Assembly (NCBI GenBank): GCA_965198945.1
Contig: CBDAQI010000010.1
Coordinates: 33,533 to 97,532, forward strand
DNA: 64,000 nucleotides
Reading direction: 5' to 3'
Source: Thermodesulfobacteriota bacterium
GTDB lineage: Bacteria > Desulfobacterota_D > UBA1144 > Nemesobacterales > Mycalebacteriaceae
Under the pieces are notes generated by a model. It was given only the letters and a program-made list of their open reading frames with translations. It did no database searches and had not been told where the DNA came from. Made by a program: the position numbers and the translations under genes. Each line of letters starts with the position of its first letter. The stretch's first letter is position 1. Positions 9,210 to 19,743 of this stretch are shown here, one piece after another.

Positions 9210-10704
9210 CTACCCCCTCACTTTCATATCTTTCATTCCCTCAGCAAACTTGACCGCGCCAGCTTTTGTCGGCATTTCAAAAATCCCGCTTGTATTATCT
9301 CTTTTCACGGCTTCAAGCAAAGCTCCGAAAGGGTTTTCAGCGCCTTTGTAACGGTCTGCAAATGTCGCGCCGTTTTCCAGTTTCAACACCCCCTCTGGGG
9401 CAAACCGCCGCGCATATTCCGCAACCCACACATGAGGCGCGAATTATGTTTTCGCCTTTCTGAAGCGTAAGAACGCACATCTATTCCCATCTCGCAGTAG
9501 GTTGAGCAGTTTCCGCACGACATGCACTGACCGCCGTTTGTTGTGATTCTAAATTTTGAGAAAAACCGCTGGAAAATTCCGAGAACCGGCCGCCATTGGA
9601 CAACCGAATCTGCACCAAACCCTTGTTCCCATAATCGGATAGAACCCGACACCGACCACCCCTGAAAAAACCGCTCCGATGAAAAACCCATACCACATTG
9701 AGAATTTCTGTGAAATTCCGCCCAGAATTCCACCGCCGGTTGCCCGAGTTGGCCCACAAAAGAAGGGTTGTGACAGTCACAAAAACCAGCACTCCGTGAA
9801 CCATCCATCTCTCAACCTTCCAGGCTTTTGTTGATTTGTCGGAAAGCTGCCGCCACGGGTCTCCCAGGAGTCTCCGCAAGCCCGCCGCAGCCGCAGACCC
9901 ATGAGCAATACCATCTTTTGCCGAATTTGTATGTCAAAAGCGGAGTTGCAATAAATGTCATCACAGCTCCCCAGAAAATAAAAAACACTCCCAGACCTCC
10001 GGCGGAACCGGTTATGTATGAGACCGTGCCGGGAAAAAGATAATCGTATTTGAGAGGCCAGAAGTAGCTGAAATAAAACTCCGGCTGTTGAAACAGTTTC
10101 AAAACATTGGGAATTATGAACGCGAATCCAAGTTGAAAAAACATCACTGAAACCGTGCGTATCTGCTGGTAACGGTTATGCCTGTAGCGCATTATCATTC
10201 TTACGCCGAAAACAAGAATCGCTATTGTGTAGACAAATCCGTAGAGAAACCAGTGACTGGTCTGGCCGGGTGAACCGCCCGTGAGCCAGACATGGAGTGG
10301 GAGAGACTATCTTCACCGCGCCTTCAAGCGGAGCGGGCCTCATATATACCAATATGTAGAATACGGTCATAAAAATTCCCGCTATCCAACCGAGACTTCC
10401 GCGTGAACTCAGATCTTTGAAGTAATTTCCATTGTTTTTAATGCCCGGAGTTCCGTTCTTTATAGGCAAGGTAGAAATATCCGGCGCCTCCGACGGCGGG
10501 GAGCCCGAAAGTGAGCAGCAAGCCCGTCCACGACCCCCCGGAGCCGCTCAAAATCTGCAAAACAAGAGCCAGAATTCCCGCGCCAACCATTGACAGGCAT
10601 ATTTTCTCACCGATTGCGAGCCGCTCTTGCTCATAAATCACGGGCTCTTCAAAGCCCAGAGTTTCCTCGTCATAGTTATATGAGAGTGTTTTTGTGTCCA
10701 TCAT
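9210..10704 (-). pseudogene. 4Fe-4S binding membrane protein, split by about 7 single-base insertions
   Basis: Rejoined frames give KRWYCSWVCGCGGLAET, RVWCRFGCP, QCMSCGNCSTYC, SCVGCGICAAVCP. Confidence 0.85.
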
Positions 10705-11971
10705 CGCAACTGCTCTCTGAAAGTTCCCGCAATCTCTTTTTCATAAAGCGAATAAAACTCAGGGTCAAAATTTGCCTCGCTCAAATTGTCCAGCACGTAG
10801 TCAAGAGGGCGTTCTTCCTCTATCCATTTTTCACACACCTTGTGGCGGTAGCGAAGCCCCATAACATTTACACCTATGGCGGCGCCGTCTCTGTGGACAA
10901 TCCTGAGCGCCGCGAGCCCGTCGGGTCTTTCCCAGTAAAGGTTTTTTTTCTCCTTCAATTTTGAGATTGACCTGTCCGTAGGTCTGATATTCAAGATCAA
11001 GAAATTTGGCGGAATTAAACCAGGTGGCGGGCTCATAGTGCGTCTCAATCCCACACACAGCTTCTGCGGCCGCTTTGCCTTGAGCTTTTCCCGTATACCA
11101 GACCTGTTGAAGCAGGTTGCGCTCCTGCCCGGTTATGATTTCCGCACAGTCTCCGGCGCAGTATATGTTTTCGGTGTCAGTTTTGAATCCCCTGTCCACC
11201 AGTATTCCCCTTCCGGTCTTTATTCCCGCACCGTCCGCAAGAACTTTATTCGGAGTCACGCCCGCGGTCAGACCCACAAATCCGCACTCTATTCTCTGAC
11301 CGTCTTTTGTAACAACCACCCCCCACCCTTCCGCATCCGTTTTCAGTAATCTCGGCGAGTTCTGTGTTCAGGCAAAGATTAATCCCTTCTTTGACTATCA
11401 CGCGGTTAACCATTGCCGATTCTTCATCCGGCAGTATACGGTTCCAATACGAACTTTCGCGCACAAGAAAAGTTACATGAACACCGCGCGAGTGAAGCAT
11501 TTCGGCAAGTTCAATCCCTATAAGTCCCCCGCCCGTTATTACCGCGTGTTTGAGGTCTTTTGAGTTTTTATAAAGTTCCCGCAGATCCATAAGGTCGTAA
11601 AGCCCCTGAACGCCTTTCAAGTCCTGCCCGGGCCAGCCGAATTTGTTCGGTTTGCTTCCCACCGCAAGCAGAAGCTTGTCAAAACTTACGGGTTGTTTTT
11701 TGTGAAGCAGCAGGCGGCTGTTTTTTGTGTCAATCTCCGTCACCCATCCGCGCAGAAGGTCAATGCGCTTTTGCCTCCAGAAACTGTCTTCATATGGCTT
11801 TGTATCCCGGTAGCTCATATGTCCCATGTAGATATACATGAGAGCCGGACGCGAATAGTGAAAATCCGATTCACCGGAAATCATAACAATTTCCCAGTCA
11901 GGCTTGAGCTCTCTTATTCTCAAAGCCGCCGAAACACCGGTTATGCCGTTTCCGATAATTGCGATTTTCAT
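10701..11971 (-). pseudogene. NAD(P)/FAD-dependent oxidoreductase, split by 2 single-base insertions
   Basis: MKIAIIGNGITG (FAD), ITGGGLIG (NAD), IYCAGDCAE; frames 11246-12049, 10831-11319 and 10701-11054 join at a G6 and an A8 run. Confidence 0.88.
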
Positions 11972-12237
11972 TTTTTTCTTACGACAAATATAAACTCTTT
12001 TGTCATTTTTTATATGAAGCTGCGGGACATTTATACGGCCGCTCTTCAATTAAAGTCCCATTCAATATTTCAAATTCACGCTTTGACCCGGAGTTTTATA
12101 AACGAAGCTGATTCATTCAAACAGTGAACGGCTACAGACTGTCAAAAGAGAGAGGCAGGCTTCCGGGTTTCCGTCTCTGTTTTAACCCGCCGGTCTTTGT
12201 TTAATAATTCCCGACTTCGCCGCGAATTCTTCCGGAG

Positions 12238-13581
12238 TCATTTCTTTCTTTTCTTTGGTTTGGCCGCTTTCCGCTTGTTGGCCAGAAAAGCCTTCAAATG
12301 CACATCCGAGTAAGACCCTTTGGGGTAGTATTTGTCATAAAATTCAGGGTCTATGTTCATCGCCTGAAAAACAAGCCGCATATACATCGGGTCAACAAAC
12401 GCCGGGAATCTTCCGTATCTGTCATAAATGTAGTTCGCCACATCGCGGACAATTTGTATGGTCGTTTCGGTGGGCTTTGGCGCCTGCATGAGGTGTTTGT
12501 CGGGCTCGGTGTAGGGGAACGGCTTGTCGCTTTTCCAAGCCGACTCCTTGTGCTCCAGAAAAGCGTCAATGGCCTCATCCATGTTTTTGTAATAGGGCGG
12601 GCAGTAGCCTTCAAAAACCCCATCTTTGCCGACCGGAATTGTGTTCGGCGGATTGATGGAACCGCGTTTCGGCTGGATGAATCTGAATCCGAGGCCTTTG
12701 AACAGATTCGGAGCCGCTCCGAGAGCGAAACGGGGCACAAGCCCGGTAAAAGTCCATCCGGCGAGTCCGAGAGCCTGTAATGCAAGGCTCATGTTCTGGC
12801 ATATAAAGGCCTGCTCAACGTTGAGACCGGTGAGAATTCTCACCTCAAGGTCAAACAGCGAGAGTTTCACCTCGCCCTTGATTCTTCCCTTCTTTATCCA
12901 TTTGTTGAGACCGGCGGGCTTTCCGGTCAGATCGTCCGTGATGGAAAACCCGTAGCTGCTGCTACAGTAGAGAAGCAGAAGGTTCAGATATTCCTCCGTA
13001 ACGTCGGTTACGGGTATAAAGACCGAGGTTCCGGGTTTGTTTGTGTTCCACTGGTTGAAGTCAAAAAGTCCGGGCATTTTGTCGGGCAGGTCGGCTCTTT
13101 TCTTTTCAAGCCTGACAATGCTTTTTCTGTAAAGCTCAAGCATGCGGTCAATGCGTTTCTGCCTTCCCATTTTGAAGAACATGTCCAGTTCACCCGGTTC
13201 GGGCAGCATATGTTTCACATCAACATGGTAAAGCCCTTTGTCATTTGTGAAGAAAAGCTCCGTGCCGTGATTGTTACATGCAGACGGCCATGTTCTGCCC
13301 GTCCACTGACACAGAAGGTCAATTCCGTTTTCAGGCGGCAGGTCTGCGAGGCACAGCCCGGTCAACCCCGTTCCCGACCACACAAGAAGAGCCTCTTCAA
13401 GCTCTTCAAGCGTCACGGGTTTGTATGCGGATTTGAACCCGAGTGTGCTTGTTTCCGGCAGTTCCATTCCGAGCCCGAACCTGCGAGACCTCCGGTTGAA
13501 TATGGAATCAAACAGAGGATATTTGAGCGCATCTTCGTAACGTTTGCTTAGTCTTTTGGTTGTTGTTTTTCTTACGGCCAT
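12238..13581 (-). CDS. Conserved hypothetical protein, probably nitroreductase-fold
   Basis: 447-aa ORF with host-like codon usage; FNRRSRRF and RTWPSA resemble FMN-binding motifs of the nitroreductase superfamily. Confidence 0.6.
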   Translation of the reverse strand: MAVRKTTTKRLSKRYEDALKYPLFDSIFNRRSRRFGLGMELPETSTLGFKSAYKPVTLEELEEALLVWSGTGLTGLCLADLPPENGIDLLCQWTGRTWPSACNNHGTELFFTNDKGLYHVDVKHMLPEPGELDMFFKMGRQKRIDRMLELYRKSIVRLEKKRADLPDKMPGLFDFNQWNTNKPGTSVFIPVTDVTEEYLNLLLLYCSSSYGFSITDDLTGKPAGLNKWIKKGRIKGEVKLSLFDLEVRILTGLNVEQAFICQNMSLALQALGLAGWTFTGLVPRFALGAAPNLFKGLGFRFIQPKRGSINPPNTIPVGKDGVFEGYCPPYYKNMDEAIDAFLEHKESAWKSDKPFPYTEPDKHLMQAPKPTETTIQIVRDVANYIYDRYGRFPAFVDPMYMRLVFQAMNIDPEFYDKYYPKGSYSDVHLKAFLANKRKAAKPKKRKK

Positions 13582-13659
13582 TTTTCTCTCCGGTGTTTTT
13601 TGATGAGTCTAAACCAAAATAATAACACAATAAGAGGCTTGAAATTCCACCACTATTTT

Positions 13660-14577
13660 TTACAAACCCGTTTTTTTTATCACTTCCATAACTTTTTTGT
13701 AAACCCCTCTCCCTGCGGCAACCACCCCCCTGTTTCTCTCAAGCGTCCGACCCGTTGAAAAATCAAGCGGGCACCCGTCAAAATCAGACACCTCCCCGCC
13801 CCCCTCACAGACAATCGCCGCTCCCGCCGCGTGGTCCCACACATTCTCCTTGCGTCCGTCGGAATTGGGAACGCGAATGAAAACGTCCGCCTTCCCGCCC
13901 GCCACCAGAACGTATTTGCACTGGCTGTCCATTCTGACCGTTTCAGTTTGCCCGCCCAGGCCACACATAACTTTTGCCGAAGCCGTATATGCCTCGCACG
14001 TTCCCCGGGCCGTTTCGCACAAAGTGATTTTTCCTCCACTTTTTTCCGGGGCGCGGATGCGTTTTTTCTCCGAGCCGTCAATCCGGGTTTTATAAACACC
14101 CTGCCCGCGGCATCCAAGCATTATGAATCCGAGTCCGGGACATCCGAGAAGTCCGAGCACGGGAGCCCCCTCTTCAATCAGGGCGACCGCGACCGCAAAC
14201 TGGCCTCCGCTGACAAAACCCGCCGTTCCGTCAATCGGGTCAACAGCCCAGAAACGGTCTGCTTCCGCCTCCGTTGTAACCGCCTCAAAAACGCTTGTGT
14301 CCACAGAAGGTGTGAGCTTCAGTATGCCGGCGAGAATGTCCTCTCCCCGCTCTCCGCCGAGAAATTCGGGCTTTTCCTCAGCAACAATACAGTCTCCGGG
14401 AAAACCTTCCTTTATGGATTTTGTAAGAACAAACTGCGCCGCGTAGTCCGCCGCGGTTACCGGCGAACCATCCGGTTTTTGCGCGGGGCTGAAATCTGTT
14501 TTCCGCGCAGCCACGCAGACCGCGCACGCTTGCACAACCGCTTTGAGAGCCATATCCGTTTCCTTTTCAAAATTCAT
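13660..14577 (-). CDS. 3'(2'),5'-bisphosphate nucleotidase (HAL2/SAL-type inositol monophosphatase family)
   Basis: SPVTAADY, WAVDPIDGT, RMDSQCKY, ENVWDHAAG. Confidence 0.9.
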   Translation of the reverse strand: MNFEKETDMALKAVVQACAVCVAARKTDFSPAQKPDGSPVTAADYAAQFVLTKSIKEGFPGDCIVAEEKPEFLGGERGEDILAGILKLTPSVDTSVFEAVTTEAEADRFWAVDPIDGTAGFVSGGQFAVAVALIEEGAPVLGLLGCPGLGFIMLGCRGQGVYKTRIDGSEKKRIRAPEKSGGKITLCETARGTCEAYTASAKVMCGLGGQTETVRMDSQCKYVLVAGGKADVFIRVPNSDGRKENVWDHAAGAAIVCEGGGEVSDFDGCPLDFSTGRTLERNRGVVAAGRGVYKKVMEVIKKTGL

Positions 14578-15932
14578 GTTTTTGTCCGCATGTTTTCAAA
14601 CACTATCATTATCCACACCGGAACAAACTCAACCCAGACAATCACTTCCCGCAGAGCGCTTTGCCCGGAAAGCCCGTATTGGGCGTAGTAAAGCGGAAGA
14701 AAAGCCGTCAGGGAGAGAAGAGACCACATTGCCCCGCTTTTTCTCAGAGCCAAAAACGGAACCACCCAGCAGTAATACCAGGGAAACTGGGTCGGAACGA
14801 TGAGGAATAAAAGGGCGGACACAAAAAGGCACCTGCCAACCAAGTCTCCGCTTTCCCATCTTTTTGAGAAGAAAGCATATCCCGCCCCGCACACGGCCAT
14901 AAAAGCGGTCGCCACCCTCGCCGTAAACTGGCCGTGTCCGATATGGAATCCAAACATCTCCGCAACGGTTTCAGAGACAAAAAGCGTTATTCTGAAAAAT
15001 GAGCTGTTGTTTTCCCAGCTCTGCGCGTAAGCCGTGAGTCCTGAGTTTTCAACCGAAGACGAAGCAATCAGGGGCAGAAGCATGACGGCTGAAAGCGGGA
15101 CGAAGACCGCGAACAGAGAGAGCATTTTTTTCATGTCTTCTCTCCAAATCCGCGCAAGCGGAACAATTAACAGCGCCGTCCAGATTTTTATGGAAACTGA
15201 GAGCGACAGAAAAAAAGAGGCGGCAAATCCGCGCCTGTTTTCCGCCGCGAGAACAGCCGCGAGTAGAAACGGAAACAGGAGCGCTTCAAGATGGCACGAA
15301 AAGAAAATTGTGAAAACCACAAGCGGATTCCACCAGTAAATCATGGTATTCGCTCTGCCCCGGACAAGCCGTCTCAAAATAAACAGTGTCGCCGTGTCCG
15401 CCGCAAGCAGAAGCACACGCCAGGCGGTGACGCTCCATTCGGAGACAAGGTGTGAAACCGCAAAAAACGCCTGTGTCGCGGGAGGGTATATTGTTGTCAG
15501 ATGCGGATGATTGATGCGGCCGGCAATGCCGCCTGACTCCCCGGCAAGCGATTTCAGAAAATCTCCGGCGTTTCCGGTGACAACTTCGGAGGGTGAGAAA
15601 AGATAAGGGTTTGCGCCGCTTGCGGTGACGGCGCCGTCCCACAAATACCGGAAATAGTCGTCTTCAAGTACCGGATGCGAAACCAGCCCCGCCGCTCTCA
15701 TTAAAAGCCCTATTGCAAAAACGGCGGAAAACGATATTTCTCCGCCGCTTTTTTCTCCGGTGCGGATTGCCACCAGGTATAAAACCGCCGCCATACAGAG
15801 AAGCACAACAACAAAAGCCACTGGCATTTCGGCGGTTTTTTCAGGGAAGGCGGAAAATCTTCCGGAAATTCCGGTGATTATCCAAAGCGCGGCGGCGGCG
15901 CCCGCTCCGAGCATTGTGGATGTGTTTCTCAT
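14574..15932 (-). CDS. Multi-TM GT-C glycosyltransferase (GT87/DUF2029-like)
   Basis: EDDYFRYLWDG, HLTTIYPP, YWWNPL, many TM helices. Confidence 0.78.
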   Translation of the reverse strand: MRNTSTMLGAGAAAALWIITGISGRFSAFPEKTAEMPVAFVVVLLCMAAVLYLVAIRTGEKSGGEISFSAVFAIGLLMRAAGLVSHPVLEDDYFRYLWDGAVTASGANPYLFSPSEVVTGNAGDFLKSLAGESGGIAGRINHPHLTTIYPPATQAFFAVSHLVSEWSVTAWRVLLLAADTATLFILRRLVRGRANTMIYWWNPLVVFTIFFSCHLEALLFPFLLAAVLAAENRRGFAASFFLSLSVSIKIWTALLIVPLARIWREDMKKMLSLFAVFVPLSAVMLLPLIASSSVENSGLTAYAQSWENNSSFFRITLFVSETVAEMFGFHIGHGQFTARVATAFMAVCGAGYAFFSKRWESGDLVGRCLFVSALLFLIVPTQFPWYYCWVVPFLALRKSGAMWSLLSLTAFLPLYYAQYGLSGQSALREVIVWVEFVPVWIMIVFENMRTKT

Positions 15933-16000
15933 TTCTTTCCTGTTTCCCGATCAGGATAACAGATTGAAAAAAGGGCGAAGCGGTGTAGTTTTCTTCTCCA

Positions 16001-16543
16001 ATGACTTTGAAAAAAGAAAAAGAGGCTCTGCGCCGCATATTGGTTGACCAGTCAGTGCGATACGGGGATTTCAAACTTGCCTCCGGCGCCAAGAGCGGCT
16101 TTTACATAGATGCAAGAAAAACAACCCTTCATCCCGAAGGAGCCCGTTTTGCGGCGGCAATTTTTCTTGAGGAGTTTTTCAAAGACAAAAATGCAAATGC
16201 CATAGGGGGCCCAACGCTCGGAGCCGACCCGATTGTGGGAGCCATGCTCGCACTTTGTCAGCCCACCGGTGTTCACGGTTTTATAGTTCGTAAAGAGGAG
16301 AAAAAGCACGGCGCACAGAAACTGATTGAGGGAAATTTGCGCGAAGGCGACCGCGCCGTGATGGTTGAGGACGTTGTTACCACGGGCGGCTCGGTTATGC
16401 GCGCCGTTGAGGCGGTCAGGGGCGCCGGAGCGGATGTCTCAAAGGTTATGGCGGTTGTCAGCAGAGCCGAATCGGACAAGGTTTTTACTGATAAGGGAAT
16501 TGAGTTTTTCAGCATATTTGATGTGAGTGAGATAGTGGGGTGA
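16001..16543 (+). CDS. pyrE: Orotate phosphoribosyltransferase
   Basis: FKLASG, RKEEKKHG, VEDVVTTGGS. Confidence 0.95.
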   Translation: MTLKKEKEALRRILVDQSVRYGDFKLASGAKSGFYIDARKTTLHPEGARFAAAIFLEEFFKDKNANAIGGPTLGADPIVGAMLALCQPTGVHGFIVRKEEKKHGAQKLIEGNLREGDRAVMVEDVVTTGGSVMRAVEAVRGAGADVSKVMAVVSRAESDKVFTDKGIEFFSIFDVSEIVG

Positions 16544-16775
16544 AGCGGGGTTTACAATTTTCCCGACTTTGACTTCAACGGGGACGATGTTTTCCGCAAG
16601 ATTTTCTTCTTGAAACAAACCAAGAATGCCTTGTGGATTTCCAATTCCGATACCAACCAAATTAGAAAGTCCGATTTCTCCGCCAACTGTCTACCCATCA
16701 ATTTTGCCCGAAAATTCAAAACTCTTTCTCAAGGTAATTTATCAGCGACTGAAAAGCCAAAAAAGGATACTTTAG

Positions 16776-16818
16776 AAAAAAAGCGGAGGGGCGGTTTCCC
16801 GCTTTCCTCCGCTTTTTT
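16776..16818 (-). terminator. Intrinsic (bidirectional-type) terminator downstream of the OMP gene
   Basis: aaaaaagcggagg...cctccgctttttt hairpin with A/T tails. Confidence 0.75.
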
Positions 16819-16838
16819 ACTCTTTTGGTTTTTTGTTG

Positions 16839-18521
16839 TTACTGAAAGAAGTAGGTAAAAGCCACACCCGCTCTGATACCCCAAATGGAGTCAACATCAC
16901 TTGGTTTCGCAATCGCATAGTGGAACCTGACATCCCCTCCTATGTTCATGTTGTCTCGGAAGGGATAATGGAGTCCCGCTTTGACAAGAATGGGCCAGCT
17001 TGTCCCGCCGTTCACCTTGTCGCCAAGGTCGTAGAACATAATGCCCGTTCCCACTCCGAGATTTCCGGTTACCGTCTCAGACTTGAAGTTCGCAACGGCG
17101 TAAACAGGAACCGTCACATGAAACAGTGTCGGACTTTTGTCCAGATTGCTAACCTGAACCGCTCCCGTGGGAGTTGCAGTGGAGCCCGGGAAAAGATTTG
17201 TCACAATCTGCCGGGCTGGCAAATCTCTGTTTGCCGCATTTGCGCTTGTCACTGCCGCCGCCGCATTTGACGCAAAAACGGGTGCCGCCGCATTTACATG
17301 GTCCGCCGCCGTTGCGCTTACCCGTGTCGCTTCAACAAAAGAGACTAAAGCAGGGCCCGCAGTATCTAATTGATTTTGTTGTGGTGTATTTTCTATGGAT
17401 TGGGTTGCTGTGTTTGCCATAACGGCTCTAATATGTGCGTTATTGGTCGCCGCGGCTGCGTTAATGCCTATGGATTCAATTGATGTGCCCGCGAGTAAAC
17501 TGTTAAGACTTTGCGCAAAATCTTCGGCTGCGGATGCATTGCCGGTTGCTGATACTGTTTGTACCTTTACCGAGCCTACCACGCTTTGTTGGTCCGACCC
17601 TGTTACAAGCGTTTCGAAAGCAGCATTGGCGCCAATAACCCCCCCAGAAGGTCTTTCAAGCAAAACCTGCGCTGTGTTGACCGCCCCTACTAACTGAACA
17701 GCAATACCGACTGCGTTCTGAGCCGAGGTATTTGTTCTGATTGCCTCCTGTTCTGCGGCTATTACCGTTTCCTTTGCCGCCGTATCAACAAGAGCTGCGA
17801 AAGTCAACTGTTCATTAACAGTCAGACCCCCGGCTTCCGCCGAGCGTAATTGACTGAGATATGCAACCAAAAACTGTTGAGCAAAAGTGGCTTTTCTTGC
17901 GTCATTTTCAAGATCGTCCAGAGCAGTTCTGATAGCATCCGGTGCAGTGGCTTGATCTATTGCAACCGCACCAGTTTGACCTTCTCTGGCAATATCATAT
18001 GCCGCAATAACCGCATCCCTAATTCTTTTCTCCTCAGTGTTTTCTGCGGGATTTGCCGCCAGTTTTGCATCTGTAAACAGGTTCAAAGAGGTGTCTTCAT
18101 CTTGACTGCTTACCTGCGTGTAGTTAAGACTGGCCGCTAAGACTTGCGCCTCAATGTCGTTTTCAAGCTGTGTTTTGGGGTTGCCCTTGACCTTAACATC
18201 TGAACTCAGACTTACCATTAATCCGGGCTCAATCTCAATCCCAAGTTCCAGATTGGATGTCCGGTCAAAATAATATCCCGCCTTCGGCGCTATGTAGATT
18301 CCGTGCTCGGTAACCTCGCCTTTGAGGTTTTTAACTGGACTCGTTGCCGCTCCGACATTTACCGTTGCCTTTCCCGGCAACTTCTTCAAATCCGCAGACT
18401 GATAGTAGTAACCGCCCGTTATGCCGAAACGCAGTTTCGTATCTCCCAATGTGTGCTCATCAGCTCTTGCGGCAGAACCCGCAAAAGTGAGCAACAGAAA
18501 AAATAATAAAACCCTTATCAT
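16839..18521 (-). CDS. Outer-membrane 8-stranded beta-barrel protein with an approximately 350-aa Ala-rich loop insertion
   Basis: Signal peptide; three amphipathic strands, a long Ala-rich helical insert, then five strands ending GVAFTYFFQ. Confidence 0.8.
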   Translation of the reverse strand: MIRVLLFFLLLTFAGSAARADEHTLGDTKLRFGITGGYYYQSADLKKLPGKATVNVGAATSPVKNLKGEVTEHGIYIAPKAGYYFDRTSNLELGIEIEPGLMVSLSSDVKVKGNPKTQLENDIEAQVLAASLNYTQVSSQDEDTSLNLFTDAKLAANPAENTEEKRIRDAVIAAYDIAREGQTGAVAIDQATAPDAIRTALDDLENDARKATFAQQFLVAYLSQLRSAEAGGLTVNEQLTFAALVDTAAKETVIAAEQEAIRTNTSAQNAVGIAVQLVGAVNTAQVLLERPSGGVIGANAAFETLVTGSDQQSVVGSVKVQTVSATGNASAAEDFAQSLNSLLAGTSIESIGINAAAATNNAHIRAVMANTATQSIENTPQQNQLDTAGPALVSFVEATRVSATAADHVNAAAPVFASNAAAAVTSANAANRDLPARQIVTNLFPGSTATPTGAVQVSNLDKSPTLFHVTVPVYAVANFKSETVTGNLGVGTGIMFYDLGDKVNGGTSWPILVKAGLHYPFRDNMNIGGDVRFHYAIAKPSDVDSIWGIRAGVAFTYFFQ

Positions 18522-19020
18522 CCTTCACACCCTCCTAAAATTCTTCAAAAGTCACATCGAACTTTTTTATTATAGCCTGATATGCGTTGAAAATTCAAGC
18601 CCCTTTTTAGGGGCTTATAACATTTGCTTGCTGCCAATTTAACTGGAGCCCCGCCTGTCGGGTCTCTGACAAATACAACACTCTGTTTATAGAGAAACTT
18701 ATAGAGAAACACTCAGGCTTCTTCAACTCTGGTTGAATTGGTAGCAAGGCCCGGCGCCCACGCGCTGGCAGAGGATAAAATAAGCCAATTGGGAGATAGT
18801 GAGGTGAAATTTGAAATTTACACCACCCCTCCGCCGCCAAAAGATGAAGACGGCATGATGTTTTGATTGAGCGCCCAGCACCTCTAACGAACCACACACC
18901 TTGTTCATTATCAGTAAACACTGTCGGGGACTTTTTTTACTTTGCAATGTAAAAAAAGAGCCTATAATCATCTTGCTTTTTAATGGTTAGTAAGAATGCC
19001 AACAAAAGGGGAAACAAGCC

Positions 19021-19311
19021 ATGAAAGAAAATAAAGCAGAGCAACTTAATTTGTTTGAAATCAAGGGCAAGGAAATAAATCCCATTGTATCCACCCTTGA
19101 AGAGTTGATAGAGGGCAGGAAATCGCACGCCTTATCTACTTTTGACAGTATTATCAGTGCGTTTGATACCTTCCGCATTTACCCTTCAAGTCATAAAAAA
19201 TCAGATATTGCTAAAACTCCCGCCGAAGGGTTGGCTTCCGATTGGAACAATGTTTTTACAGACTTAAGTATTGCGTTTGGGAACGAAACCTGTCGGGTTG
19301 ACATTGACTAA
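19021..19311 (+). CDS. Hypothetical passenger protein (ASDWNNV..DL motif, typical partner upstream of DUF2335 genes)
   Basis: 96-aa ORF overlapping the DUF2335-like gene. Confidence 0.6.
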   Translation: MKENKAEQLNLFEIKGKEINPIVSTLEELIEGRKSHALSTFDSIISAFDTFRIYPSSHKKSDIAKTPAEGLASDWNNVFTDLSIAFGNETCRVDID

Positions 19312-19738
19312 AAAGCCGCCAGTAAACACTTCTCATTTACCAAACCAACCTGCCTCAGGGCAAGGTGAATTAACTCCTCTGCAAGTTGAATTACGAACTG
19401 AGCAGTTGTTTTCTGGGCCATTGCCGCCTCCCGTAGTGCTTCAAGATTATGAAAAAATTCAAAAAGGATTTGCGGAACGTGTTATCGCAATGGCCGAAAA
19501 AGAACAAAACAACAGGCATACTATAGAAAAAGATAGGCTGGACAATGATTTCGTTGTAGAGAAAAAAGGGCAACAGTTTGCTTTTTGGATTTGTATTGTG
19601 TTAATAGGAGGCGGTGTCGGTCTCGTTGCACTCGGCTACGCTATAGCTGGGGCAGTGCTTGGCACAACCACACTTGGTAGTCTGGCATACACTTTTATTG
19701 CGGGACGCCGTTCCAAAGACAATGCCAAAAACAAGTAA
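19271..19738 (+). CDS. DUF2335-like membrane protein (passenger); start may be TTG 19304
   Basis: FSGPLPPP..LQDYE.....AERVIAMAEKEQ..RH followed by two TM helices. Confidence 0.82.
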   Translation: MRLGTKPVGLTLTKKPPVNTSHLPNQPASGQGELTPLQVELRTEQLFSGPLPPPVVLQDYEKIQKGFAERVIAMAEKEQNNRHTIEKDRLDNDFVVEKKGQQFAFWICIVLIGGGVGLVALGYAIAGAVLGTTTLGSLAYTFIAGRRSKDNAKNK

Positions 19739-19743
19739 TATGT

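Noticed and set aside
16544-16760. Possible remnant of an AAA/DUF4143 gene (VPVEVKVGK) on the minus strand
   Set aside because: Only a short motif, with no start or sustained homology visible.
18643-18768. Hammerhead ribozyme (CTGA...GAAAC present)
   Set aside because: The required CUGANGA core is absent in both copies (CTGACAA, CTGATCA).
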